The notes under the pieces are model-generated. The model was given only the letters and a program-made list of their open reading frames with translations, was not told the DNA's origin and ran no database searches. This document shows, in pieces, positions 8,990 to 17,444 of a DNA stretch of 34,395 nucleotides. The number at the start of each line of letters is the position of its first letter. Positions within the stretch are counted from its first letter, which is position 1. The translations under genes and the position numbers were made by a program. The stretch comes from Vulcanimicrobiaceae bacterium (GTDB lineage: Bacteria; Vulcanimicrobiota; Vulcanimicrobiia; Vulcanimicrobiales; Vulcanimicrobiaceae): contig JBHEMM010000018.1 in assembly GCA_046262595.1 (NCBI GenBank), positions 11,316 to 45,710 on the forward strand, given 5' to 3'.

Positions 8990-9788
8990 TGACCAAAGTT
9001 CGCAATAGCAATTGCATTTTTGTGCCATTCGATACAAATGGGCGCCGTACATCCGTCCGGTAACCAAGACGCTCGATCTCTTCGCAGATAGCAACTCCTC
9101 CCAGGCGGTAAAGCGCGAGCTGCGCCCGTAACGCGCCCGGTACGAGGCGTTCCAGCTCGCGCCCCGAGTCCAAAAGCATGCGCGCGCGATCGGTGAGCGA
9201 TCGCACGGCAAACGCCGTACCGCCTGACTCGACATCGTCCTGTAAAAGATAGCTGCGGCCGATTGCGGCGTCACGCAGAACGTCTTGCGCATGATTGGCG
9301 AGCTGAAGTCCGATGCAGACGTCATCCGAGAGCATTTCACTGCGCTCGCCGGCCGCGTTGAAGAAGCGCAGCACGACGCGGCCCACCGGCGCGGCGGAGA
9401 GCAAGCAGTACGCGCGCAGCGCCGGCCAGTTGCGGTAAGACAAAACCTGCTGATCCTGTTCGTTCGCGGCGATGAGATCGAGAAACGGCGCGCTGTCCAA
9501 TCCGAAACGTTCCACCGTTTCACGCAACGCGATGAAGACCGGATGCACGGGAGCGGCACCGGCGAAAAAGGCTTGCGTCTGTTCGCGCCAGGACCGCAAA
9601 CGCTCCAGCGCGATATGCGGAGCGCCGCTTTCATCACCGAGATCGTCCGTGGTGCGGCAGAATGCATAAAAGCGCATGAGATGCGTCCGTGTCTGCGCGG
9701 GAACGATGCGCGATGCAACGGCGAAATTCTCGTAGTGGCCGGTCGCTAACAGGCGGCAATAGGCATCGGCGCTATCGATCTCGCGCAT
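8973..9788 (-). CDS. hpnC: Hydroxysqualene synthase
   Basis: ATG 9788. HYENFAVAS (HpnC signature), YAFCRTTDDLGDE, SAAPVGRVVL, SDDVCIGLQLANHAQDV. Confidence 0.92.
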   Translation of the reverse strand: MREIDSADAYCRLLATGHYENFAVASRIVPAQTRTHLMRFYAFCRTTDDLGDESGAPHIALERLRSWREQTQAFFAGAAPVHPVFIALRETVERFGLDSAPFLDLIAANEQDQQVLSYRNWPALRAYCLLSAAPVGRVVLRFFNAAGERSEMLSDDVCIGLQLANHAQDVLRDAAIGRSYLLQDDVESGGTAFAVRSLTDRARMLLDSGRELERLVPGALRAQLALYRLGGVAICEEIERLGYRTDVRRPFVSNGTKMQLLLRTLVNVASR

Positions 9789-10803
9789 GTTCGATCCGTT
9801 TGGTCCTGCGCAGTTTGCCGATCGTGCGCGCGCCCAGCGCGAACATGCCGGTCCGCAAGACTTCGTGCAGCTCGCGCGCCAGATCCGCCGCAGCGTCTTC
9901 GGTCTGCGCGGCGGCGCGCAGAAACGGCCCCGCGATGCCCGCAGCGTCCGCACCCAGCGCGAGCGCTTTGAGCACGTCCATGCCCGTGCGAACGCCGCCG
10001 CTGGCGACGATGGTTGCCGTGGGAAGCGCGCGGCGCACCGAACGCAACGCTTGCGCCGTCGGAATGCCCCAGCCGGAAAATTGTCCGGCAACGCGCGCGC
10101 GCCAGGGCTCGGCCGCGCGGAAGCGTTCGACCTCGCTCCACGACGTGCCGCCGGCTCCGGCAAGATCGATCGCGGCGACGCCCGCGCCGAGCAGCGCTCG
10201 AGCGCACGGCGCGTCGATGCCCCAGCCGACTTCTTTGACGACGACCGGCACGGGCATCTTGGCACACAGCCGCGCGATTTGTTTGAGCAATCCGCGAAAG
10301 GCCGTGTCGCCTTCGGGCTGCAGTGCCTCTTGCAGCGCATTCAAATGCAGCACGAGCGCGTCGGCCTCGATCAGATCGACGAGCCTGCGGCAATCCTCGA
10401 GGCCGTATCCCTTGTTGAGCTGCACCGCGCCGAGATTCGCGAAAAGTAAGACGCCGGGCGCGGCGTCCCGCACGGCAAAGGTGTCGAGCAGCGCCGGGTG
10501 TTCGATGAGCGCGCGCCCGGATCCCAAACCCAGCGCGAAGCCGTACTGGCAAGCGACGCGCGCCAGCGTGCGGTTGATCTCGCGCGCCTGGGGCGTGCCG
10601 CCGGTCATGCACGAGATAACGATCGGCGCGCGCAGCGGTTTGCCCAGCAGCGTGCACGACGTATCCACGTCCGCCAAATCGATTTCGGGAAGCGCGCAGT
10701 TGATGAGGCGGTACGATTCAAAGCCGCTCGTAACGCCTTTGCCGGCAACGTCGCGCTCCAGGTTGATGCGCAGGTGATCCGCTTTACGCGACCCTGTGGA
10801 GAT
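9772..10803 (-). CDS. fni: Type 2 (FMN-dependent) isopentenyl-diphosphate isomerase, predicted ATC start
   Basis: SRKADHLRI N-terminal motif, ALPEIDL, SCMTGG, GSGR, ANLGAVQ, HLNALQEALQPEGD, KEVGWG, GAGGTSW, WGIPTA, SGGVRTG. The conserved N-terminus lies upstream of the ORF-track TTG at 10677. Confidence 0.9.
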   Translation of the reverse strand: MSTGSRKADHLRINLERDVAGKGVTSGFESYRLINCALPEIDLADVDTSCTLLGKPLRAPIVISCMTGGTPQAREINRTLARVACQYGFALGLGSGRALIEHPALLDTFAVRDAAPGVLLFANLGAVQLNKGYGLEDCRRLVDLIEADALVLHLNALQEALQPEGDTAFRGLLKQIARLCAKMPVPVVVKEVGWGIDAPCARALLGAGVAAIDLAGAGGTSWSEVERFRAAEPWRARVAGQFSGWGIPTAQALRSVRRALPTATIVASGGVRTGMDVLKALALGADAAGIAGPFLRAAAQTEDAAADLARELHEVLRTGMFALGARTIGKLRRTKRIEHARDR

Positions 10804-10889
10804 ACGCCACCTCGTCCATAGTCCGGCTTGGCACGGCAGAGCTTTTTAAACAGGCATTGGAGGTAGCCTGCCAGCATTACGGACTTCAC

Positions 10890-11747
10890 GTGCGGGGACT
10901 TATTGTGAGCGCCGATGACTTCGGCCTGGATGTCGCAGTGAACGAGGCAATCGAACGCGGCCACCGCGATGGCATTCTTTCGACGGCCAGTTTGATGGTC
11001 GCCGCTCCGGCTTTCGCGGACGCGGTCGAACGCGCGCACCGTCTGCCCGGACTGCACGTCGGTCTTCATCTGGTGCTCGTGAACGGCCGCGCGAAACTCG
11101 AAGCGGCGCTCGTTCCGGATTTGGTGGATGCGCAGGGAAACTTCGGGAGCAGCTTGGCGCGCACGGGCGTACGGTATTTTTTCAAACGCGGCATCCGCGC
11201 GCAGCTCGAAGCGGAGATCCGCGCCCAATTCGAAGCATTCGCGCACACCGGATTGCCGCTGGACCACGTGAACGCCCAGAATCACTTCCACGTTCACCCG
11301 ACGGTGCTCGCGATCGTCTTGAAGGTCGGCAAGACGTTCGGGCTTCGGGCGGTGCGCGTTCCGCACGAGCCGTTCGGCCCGTCGTGGCGCGCGATGCACA
11401 CGCGTTTCACGGCGCGGCTGGCGAACGACGTGTTGCTGCGTCCGTGGATGTCGCTGATGCGCGCGCGCTTGCGGCGCGCGGGCATTGCTGCCAACGATTA
11501 CGTCTTCGGCATGAACGACTCGGGGCACATGACGCCGCACCGTGTTGCAGCGTTCTTACGCGCGCTTCCCCAGGGCGTTTCAGAAGTGTATCTGCACCCG
11601 GCAACGCACGCGTGGCCGGGCGCGTTTCCGCCGGCCTACGACTTCACAGGCGAGCTGGCGGCGCTCGTGGACGCGGAAACGATGCGTTTAGCGCGAAGCG
11701 GCGGCATCGTCTGCACGACGTACGCGCAATTGGCCGATGCACGTTAG
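10890..11747 (+). CDS. hpnK: Hopanoid biosynthesis-associated YdjC-family deacetylase
   Basis: LIVSADDFG, GILSTASLMV, VGLHLVL, EIRAQF, DHVNAQNHFHVHP, EVYLHP. GTG 10890 chosen as start (ORF extends to TTG 10857). Confidence 0.88.
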   Translation: MRGLIVSADDFGLDVAVNEAIERGHRDGILSTASLMVAAPAFADAVERAHRLPGLHVGLHLVLVNGRAKLEAALVPDLVDAQGNFGSSLARTGVRYFFKRGIRAQLEAEIRAQFEAFAHTGLPLDHVNAQNHFHVHPTVLAIVLKVGKTFGLRAVRVPHEPFGPSWRAMHTRFTARLANDVLLRPWMSLMRARLRRAGIAANDYVFGMNDSGHMTPHRVAAFLRALPQGVSEVYLHPATHAWPGAFPPAYDFTGELAALVDAETMRLARSGGIVCTTYAQLADAR

Positions 11748-12897
11748 CGCGCGCGCGGCCGCCGCGGCGATCCTATACGCGGGCAGCGCGGCGGGAATGG
11801 GGTTCACCGTTTTCACAATCGGGCGGCTGCGTTCGTTTGCGCGAAACATGGGCCGGCCGCAGCAGCCGTTTGCGCCTGCGCTGACCGTACTCAAACCGCT
11901 GCACGGCAGCGAGCCGGCATTATACGAACACCTGCGATCCTTCTGCGATCAGCAGTACGCCGGTTTTCGCATCGTTTTCGGGGCCGCCGATGCAAACGAT
12001 CCGGCGCTTGAGGCGGTGCGCCGGCTGCAGCGTGAATTTCCGGCGCTCGACATCGTCATCGCGGCGGGTTCCCCCGGGCCGGCGCGCAATCCGAAAGTCG
12101 CGAACCTGCTGGGCATGGAGCCGCACATCCAAGGCGAGCTCGTCGTCATTGCCGACAGCGACATCTGCGTGCCGCGCGATTACCTTGCGCGGCTGGCGCC
12201 GTTGTTCGCGGATGCCGGCACGGGAGCCGCCACGTGCATCTTTGCCGGCATTCCCAACGCGAGCGCCGCGTCGCGCACCGGCGCCATGGCGATCACCGAT
12301 GAGTTCACGCCTTCGGTTCTGGCCGCAGCGGCGCTGGGTCCGGTCGATTTTTGCATGGGCGCGACGATCGCGCTGCGCCGCAGCGTCCTGGCCGAAACCG
12401 GCGGGTTTGCCGCGATCGCCGACGCTCTGGCCGACGACTACGCGATCGCGCAGGCGGTCGTACGCGCCGGTCACCGCATCGCCCTGGCACCATTTCCGGT
12501 GGCGACAGCGGTACCGGAACGCCGCTTCGCGCAGATCTGGGCGCACGAGGTGCGTTGGGCGCGCACCATTCTTCGCGCGCGCCCGGCGGGCTATGCGGGT
12601 ACTATCGTGCTGCACTATCCGGTGCTCGCCGCCGCGGCCGGCGCAATCGCCGGTTTTCCGCTCCCCGCCTTAGCGTGGTTCGGAGCGGCTCTCGGGATTC
12701 GCACGTGGCTGCATTTTGAGGCTCAGCGCATTATGGCACCCCGCGTGGGGACCGCTGCGCATCTGCTGCCGGTACGGATAGTCCTAAGCTTCGGGGTCTG
12801 GTGTGCCGCCTTCACGGGACGCCGCGTCGGGTGGCGCGGCGCACATTACGAGGTAAATGCAAAGGGGCGCTTGGTTGAGGGTCCCGGGGCCGTGTAA
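11737..12897 (+). CDS. hpnI: Bacteriohopanetetrol glucosamine biosynthesis glycosyltransferase (GT21-like)
   Basis: LKPLHGSEP, LRSFCDQQY, NPKVANL, ADSDI, LADDY, HEVRWART; flanking TM helices; coupled to hpnK. Confidence 0.88.
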   Translation: MHVSARAAAAAILYAGSAAGMGFTVFTIGRLRSFARNMGRPQQPFAPALTVLKPLHGSEPALYEHLRSFCDQQYAGFRIVFGAADANDPALEAVRRLQREFPALDIVIAAGSPGPARNPKVANLLGMEPHIQGELVVIADSDICVPRDYLARLAPLFADAGTGAATCIFAGIPNASAASRTGAMAITDEFTPSVLAAAALGPVDFCMGATIALRRSVLAETGGFAAIADALADDYAIAQAVVRAGHRIALAPFPVATAVPERRFAQIWAHEVRWARTILRARPAGYAGTIVLHYPVLAAAAGAIAGFPLPALAWFGAALGIRTWLHFEAQRIMAPRVGTAAHLLPVRIVLSFGVWCAAFTGRRVGWRGAHYEVNAKGRLVEGPGAV

Positions 12898-12999
12898 CGA
12901 TTGCGTTCGCCCTTGGGGCATTGGTCCTAACCCGAATGCACTTTGCGAATCGGAACGCCGATAGATTACGTTGTAATGGACAAGAGTGAAGGACGCAAT

Positions 13000-13164
13000 A
13001 TGAACGACCGGACCTTAGTGGCGCTCGACGCCGATGACTCCTACTTCAACGACTGGATGATCGATTTATTCAGTTTGGAGCGCGCCGCGTCGAATCGCTG
13101 GAACGAAAAAATGTGGGTCGGCGTGAAATCGACGTACGCGACCATCCTTATCCGCGAGAACTAA
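13000..13164 (+). CDS. Small hypothetical protein (54 aa)
   Basis: GAAGGA SD before ATG 13000; MNDRTLVALDADDSYFNDWMIDLF...ILIREN*; followed by a terminator; no competing long ORF. Confidence 0.6.
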   Translation: MNDRTLVALDADDSYFNDWMIDLFSLERAASNRWNEKMWVGVKSTYATILIREN

Positions 13165-13191
13165 AGCAAGCGCGCGAGCGCCAAAAACTGC

Positions 13192-13218
13192 AAAGGCCCG
13201 CCTGCCGGCGGGCTTTTT
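13192..13218. terminator. Intrinsic terminator, probably bidirectional
   Basis: AAAGGCCCGCC-TGCC-GGCGGGCTTTTT hairpin with A and T tails, between the convergent small ORF and fumC. Confidence 0.85.
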
Positions 13219-13244
13219 GCGTGGAACGATCGCACTGAAAGCGC

Positions 13245-14675
13245 CTACTTCGGGCGGGTCATCTCGGCGGGCACGACGTATTGGTCGAACTCCTCGGCGG
13301 TAACGTGGCCGAGCGAGACGGCCGCCTCCTTGAGCGTCATGTCGTTGTGGTGCGCGTGCTTGGCAATCTCCGCAGCTTTGTCGTAACCGATCTTCGGTGA
13401 TAGTGCGGTAACGGTCATCAACGACTCGCCCAGATACTTGGCGATCATTTCCTCGTTCGCTCGCAGCCCCTCAACGGCGTGCTCGCGGAACATGACGCAC
13501 GTGTCGTGCAGCAGACGGCACGAGTGAAGAAAGTTGTAGATCATCACCGGGTTGAAAACGTTGAGTTCGAAGTTTCCCTGTGAGGCACCGAACGCGATCG
13601 CCGTATCGTTGCCGTAAACTTGCGCGACAACCATGGTCATCGCTTCGGACTGCGTGGGATTGACCTTGCCCGGCATGATGGACGAACCCGGTTCGTTTTC
13701 CGGCAAAATCAGTTCGCCGATGCCGGCGCGCGGACCCGATGCCAGCCAGCGGATGTCGTTAGCGATCTTCATCAGCGCCGCGCCCAGCGTCTTGAGCGCG
13801 CCCGAGGCGAAGACAAAGTCATCGTGGGAAGCCAGCGCCGTGAACTTGTTCGGATGCGAGCGAAACGGCAGCCCCGTCAGTTCGGCGATTTTCTTAGCCG
13901 TGCGCTGCGCGAACTCGGGATGCGCGTTCAAGCCGGTGCCGACGGCGGTGCCGCCGATGGCGAGATCGTACAGCGGATCCAATGCCGTCTCGATGGCATG
14001 CGTCGCGCGATCCAGTTGCGTGACGTATCCGGAAAACTCTTGACCCAGCGTGAGCGGCGTCGCATCTTGTAAATGCGTCCGGCCGACTTTGACGATGCCG
14101 CTCCAGGCTTTCGCTTTCGCGTCGAGCGCATCGCGCAGTTGTTTGATCGCCGGCAGCATTTCGATCACGGCTTTCGCGGCTGCCATATGCATCGCCGTCG
14201 GAAACGTATCGTTCGAGGACTGCGACATGTTGACGTGATCGTTGGGGTGAATGGGTTTCTTGCTGCCCATGTCGCCGCCGGCAATCTCGATGGCGCGGTT
14301 GGAGATCACTTCGTTCACGTTCATGTTCGTCTGCGTGCCCGAACCGGTTTGCCACACACGCAGCGGAAAATGCGCGTCGAGCTTGCCGACGGCGGCCTCA
14401 TCAGCAGCGGCGACGATGAGCTTCGTCTTCTCCTCGTCGAGTTTGCCGAGATCGCGGTTCACCAGCGCGCATGCTTTTTTCAGCACGGCCATCGCGTGAA
14501 GGACTTCGCGCGGCATCACGTCGCGCGGCCATTCCGGCTCGCCGATCTCAAAGTGGATGAGCGAACGCGCGGATTGCGCGCCGTAGTATTTATCCGAGGG
14601 TACCGTGATGGGGCCCATCGAGTCGGACTCGATACGGGTCTTGGCGCCGTTGGCGGGAACGTTCGTGGTCGTCAT
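13245..14675 (-). CDS. fumC: Class II fumarate hydratase
   Basis: [78 protein letters not shown] 14675. Confidence 0.97.
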   Translation of the reverse strand: MTTTNVPANGAKTRIESDSMGPITVPSDKYYGAQSARSLIHFEIGEPEWPRDVMPREVLHAMAVLKKACALVNRDLGKLDEEKTKLIVAAADEAAVGKLDAHFPLRVWQTGSGTQTNMNVNEVISNRAIEIAGGDMGSKKPIHPNDHVNMSQSSNDTFPTAMHMAAAKAVIEMLPAIKQLRDALDAKAKAWSGIVKVGRTHLQDATPLTLGQEFSGYVTQLDRATHAIETALDPLYDLAIGGTAVGTGLNAHPEFAQRTAKKIAELTGLPFRSHPNKFTALASHDDFVFASGALKTLGAALMKIANDIRWLASGPRAGIGELILPENEPGSSIMPGKVNPTQSEAMTMVVAQVYGNDTAIAFGASQGNFELNVFNPVMIYNFLHSCRLLHDTCVMFREHAVEGLRANEEMIAKYLGESLMTVTALSPKIGYDKAAEIAKHAHHNDMTLKEAAVSLGHVTAEEFDQYVVPAEMTRPK

Positions 14676-14770
14676 AACCCCGCTATCTTCGCCTGCCGCC
14701 GCCTGATTCTGCCTGGATAAAGGTCGGAACGCCGCCGAAAACCGGGCCTGGCGCGACGCCGGTACGCTCC

Positions 14771-15316
14771 CTAGCGGCGGGTCTTGAACGCGGCGCGTCC
14801 GAGGGTCTGGCCAAGGTCGCGCGTTTCGAGCACTTCGAAGACGCTGAGAGGAAAACGGGAGTCGTAGCCGCGGCGGCTGCAGCGCCCGCAGCTCATGGCA
14901 GTGCTGGGCAAGCGCCGGCGCAGCAGTTCGAGGGAACACTTCGCGCAGCGCAGGATGTACCGCTTCGCACTTTCGTTCAGCGGACGCACGTTGCCGAGAT
15001 CGTGATAGATGGAACTCATCCCGCAATCGCGCATTTTGCGCCGGAACGCGCTGCTGTGGCCGGTGTCACCGTTTTTGTCGAAGAGCCAGGCGTGAATCAT
15101 CTCATGCAGCAGCGTTTCGCGCAGCGCTTTAGGGCTCTGCTTGAAATGCTTAGGCGAGAGTTCGACCAGCAGCGGGCGTTCGCTGTACGTGATGCGGCCG
15201 GCAGAATTGGAGAAGCGCGCGTTGTAGCGGATGCGGCAGACCGGCACCTCGCCGTTGAAATAAAAGTTGTTTAGTTCGGCGAAAAGCAGCTGAAGGTCGG
15301 TTTCCGAAGGCAGCAC
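14771..15316 (-). CDS. SprT-family zinc metalloprotease with C-terminal zinc ribbon
   Basis: [18 protein letters not shown] (HExxH), GHSSAF, CAKC...CGRC. Start GTG 15316 (alternative 15346). Confidence 0.85.
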   Translation of the reverse strand: MLPSETDLQLLFAELNNFYFNGEVPVCRIRYNARFSNSAGRITYSERPLLVELSPKHFKQSPKALRETLLHEMIHAWLFDKNGDTGHSSAFRRKMRDCGMSSIYHDLGNVRPLNESAKRYILRCAKCSLELLRRRLPSTAMSCGRCSRRGYDSRFPLSVFEVLETRDLGQTLGRAAFKTRR

Positions 15317-15349
15317 GATGATATTGTTCTCCGCGCGTCCAACCAAATC

Positions 15350-15778
15350 TTGGTGATTACCGGTCCTGCGCGGGGTTTGCCGCCCCGCATGTATCTTCCC
15401 ATCACGGCCCTATTCGGCATCGTGCTGGTGACGCTCGTCGTTTTGCTGATACGTCAAAGTTTAAGCACAGGAGGCTCGGTGTTCGGGGCGTCGGCGGCGA
15501 CCGGCGCGCAGGCGCGCGCAACGCAAGCGCCGCCCGCGGTCAATGTCGAAGGCGGAGGACCGCCCCCGGCCGTGCGCGTGCAGCTGCAGCAGCTGCAAAC
15601 GCGCGTCGCCCGCAATCCCAAAGACGACGTCGCGCTCACGCAACTGGGCGACATGTATCTGGCCGCCGGCAAATATGCGCTGGCGATCCCGTACTACCGC
15701 CGCGCGCTCGCAGCGAACAAAAACAACGTGGCGGCGCAAGAAGGTCTGCAGCAAGCGCGCAGCGCCTCGGGGCAATAA
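15350..15778 (+). CDS. Membrane-anchored tetratricopeptide-repeat protein
   Basis: N-terminal TM (LFGIVLVTLVVLLI), Ala/Pro linker, TPR NPKDDVALTQLGDMYLAAGKYALAIPYYRRALAAN; TAATG coupling to the next gene. Confidence 0.75.
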   Translation: MVITGPARGLPPRMYLPITALFGIVLVTLVVLLIRQSLSTGGSVFGASAATGAQARATQAPPAVNVEGGGPPPAVRVQLQQLQTRVARNPKDDVALTQLGDMYLAAGKYALAIPYYRRALAANKNNVAAQEGLQQARSASGQ

Positions 15779-16611
15779 TGCGCCTCTACGTATCGTGCGA
15801 CATGGAGGGGACCGCCGGCGTGTGCAGCTGGATGCAGTGCGATCCCGCCAACCGTCATGAGTATCCGATATACCGGCGCTACATGATGCAGGAAGTCAGC
15901 GCGGCGATTGAAGGCGCGCGCAGCGCCGGCGCGAGCGAATTCGTAATCAACGATTCACACTGGGACATGCGCAATGTCTTGTGGGATGAACTTGCGGCGG
16001 ACGTGCGGGTGATCAGCGGTTCGCGCAAGCCGCGCTCGATGATGCAAGGCCTGCAGCCGGGCTTCGCAGGCGCGTTTTTCACCGGCTACCACGCGCGCGC
16101 CGGTGAAGAGAACGGCGTGCTGGCCCACACGTACACCTCCGATTCAATCTACAACGTGCGCATGAACGGCGTGGCCTGCAGCGAGGCGCTGCTCAACGCC
16201 GCAATGGCGGGCTGTTACGGCGTTCCGCTGCTGCTGCTCAGCGGCGATTCGGTCGTATGCGCGCACGTCAAAGAGTATCTTCCCTGGGTGCGCACCGTCG
16301 AAGTCAAAGAAGGCATCGGTCACTTCGCGACGTCCTCGCTCACGCCCAAAGCGGCGCAGGCGCTGCTGTACGAAGCCGCCGGGCAGGCAATTGCTGGCGC
16401 CAAAGCCGCGCGGCCGTTCACGTTCGATTCACCCGTGACCATGGAGCTCGAAATGGCGCGCGCGGAACAAGCCGATTTCGTCGAACTCATGCCCGGCTTT
16501 ATGCGCACGGGCGGCCGGACGCTGGAGTTTACGCACGGCGATTACCCGATGGTGTTTTGCGCGTTCGTCGCGGCTTACCGGCTCGCAAGCGCGGCGACGG
16601 TGATGGGATGA
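15778..16611 (+). CDS. dppA: Peptidase M55 D-aminopeptidase (DppA family), copy 1
   Basis: YVSCDMEGTAG, INDSH, FTGYHA, LAHT, SEALLN, SGD, VKEGIG. Confidence 0.9.
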   Translation: MRLYVSCDMEGTAGVCSWMQCDPANRHEYPIYRRYMMQEVSAAIEGARSAGASEFVINDSHWDMRNVLWDELAADVRVISGSRKPRSMMQGLQPGFAGAFFTGYHARAGEENGVLAHTYTSDSIYNVRMNGVACSEALLNAAMAGCYGVPLLLLSGDSVVCAHVKEYLPWVRTVEVKEGIGHFATSSLTPKAAQALLYEAAGQAIAGAKAARPFTFDSPVTMELEMARAEQADFVELMPGFMRTGGRTLEFTHGDYPMVFCAFVAAYRLASAATVMG

Positions 16612-17444
16612 ACCTCTACATCTCGTGCGACATGGAAGGCACGGCCGGCGTGTGCAGCTGGGATCAGGTGGACGCGCGCAATTACACACCGGAGTATTTC
16701 ATCTATCAGCGCCACATGACGGCGGAAGTGAACGCCGCAATCGCCGGCGCGCGCGAAGCGGGCGCGCAAGACGTGTTCGTGAACGATTCGCATGGGCCGA
16801 TGCGCAACCTGCTGTTGGACGAGCTGCCCGCGGACGTGCGCGTGCTCTTCGGAAACCGCAAGCCGCTCTCGATGGTACAGGGCCTGAACGACACCTTCGC
16901 CGGCGTCTTCTTCACCGGCTATCACGGCGCGATCGGCGATATGAACGCCGTTTTAGCGCACACCTACACGCCCTCGGTCATTTACAACGCACGTATCAAC
17001 GGCGTCACGTGCAGCGAGGCGACGGTTAACGCCGGGCTTGCGGGTTTCTACGGCGTACCGGTCTTGCTGATCACCGGCGATCGCGCGACGGTGGAGAGCG
17101 CGCAGGCGCAGATGCCGTGGGTGCGGGGCGTCGTCGTCAAGGAAAGCATCGGCAACTACAGCGCCGACTCGCTCTCGCCGCAAGCGGCGCAAGCGCTGAT
17201 CCGCGAGGCGGCAGCCCAAGCGGTGCGCGAAGCGGCTCACGCACAGCCGTACGTCTTCAAACCGCCGGTTGCCTTAGAGCTCGACCTTTCGCGCGTCGAG
17301 CAGGCCGATTTCGTGGAGCTGATTCCCGGCTTCTCTCGCACGGGGCCGCGCAGCGTTGCCTTCACGCACGACGACTATCCCACCGTGTTCCGCGCTTTCG
17401 TTGCGGCGTTCCGGATGGGCGGCGTAGCGGCGATGCCGGCTTAG
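16608..17444 (+). CDS. dppA: Peptidase M55 D-aminopeptidase (DppA family), copy 2
   Basis: ATG 16608 (ATGA overlap). YISCDMEGTAG, VNDSHGPMRN, FTGYHG, LAHT, SEATVN, TGD, VKESIG. Confidence 0.9.
   Translation: MNLYISCDMEGTAGVCSWDQVDARNYTPEYFIYQRHMTAEVNAAIAGAREAGAQDVFVNDSHGPMRNLLLDELPADVRVLFGNRKPLSMVQGLNDTFAGVFFTGYHGAIGDMNAVLAHTYTPSVIYNARINGVTCSEATVNAGLAGFYGVPVLLITGDRATVESAQAQMPWVRGVVVKESIGNYSADSLSPQAAQALIREAAAQAVREAAHAQPYVFKPPVALELDLSRVEQADFVELIPGFSRTGPRSVAFTHDDYPTVFRAFVAAFRMGGVAAMPA

Noticed and set aside
8138..10340. ORF-track long N-terminal extensions of hpnD and hpnC (also fumC, ndh, M50, dppA2)
   Set aside because: The extensions overlap neighbouring genes and lack family similarity; internal ATGs at the gene junctions were used instead.
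14676..14770. Minus-strand 'GATAGCGGGGTT' upstream of fumC resembling the 3' end of a c-di-GMP-I riboswitch
   Set aside because: No GCAAA/GNRA-capped stem and only weak G-U-rich pairing; the match runs straight into the start codon.
14771..15316. SprT protease as a marker of a prophage or defence island
   Set aside because: No integrase, phage or defence genes nearby; neighbours are housekeeping genes.
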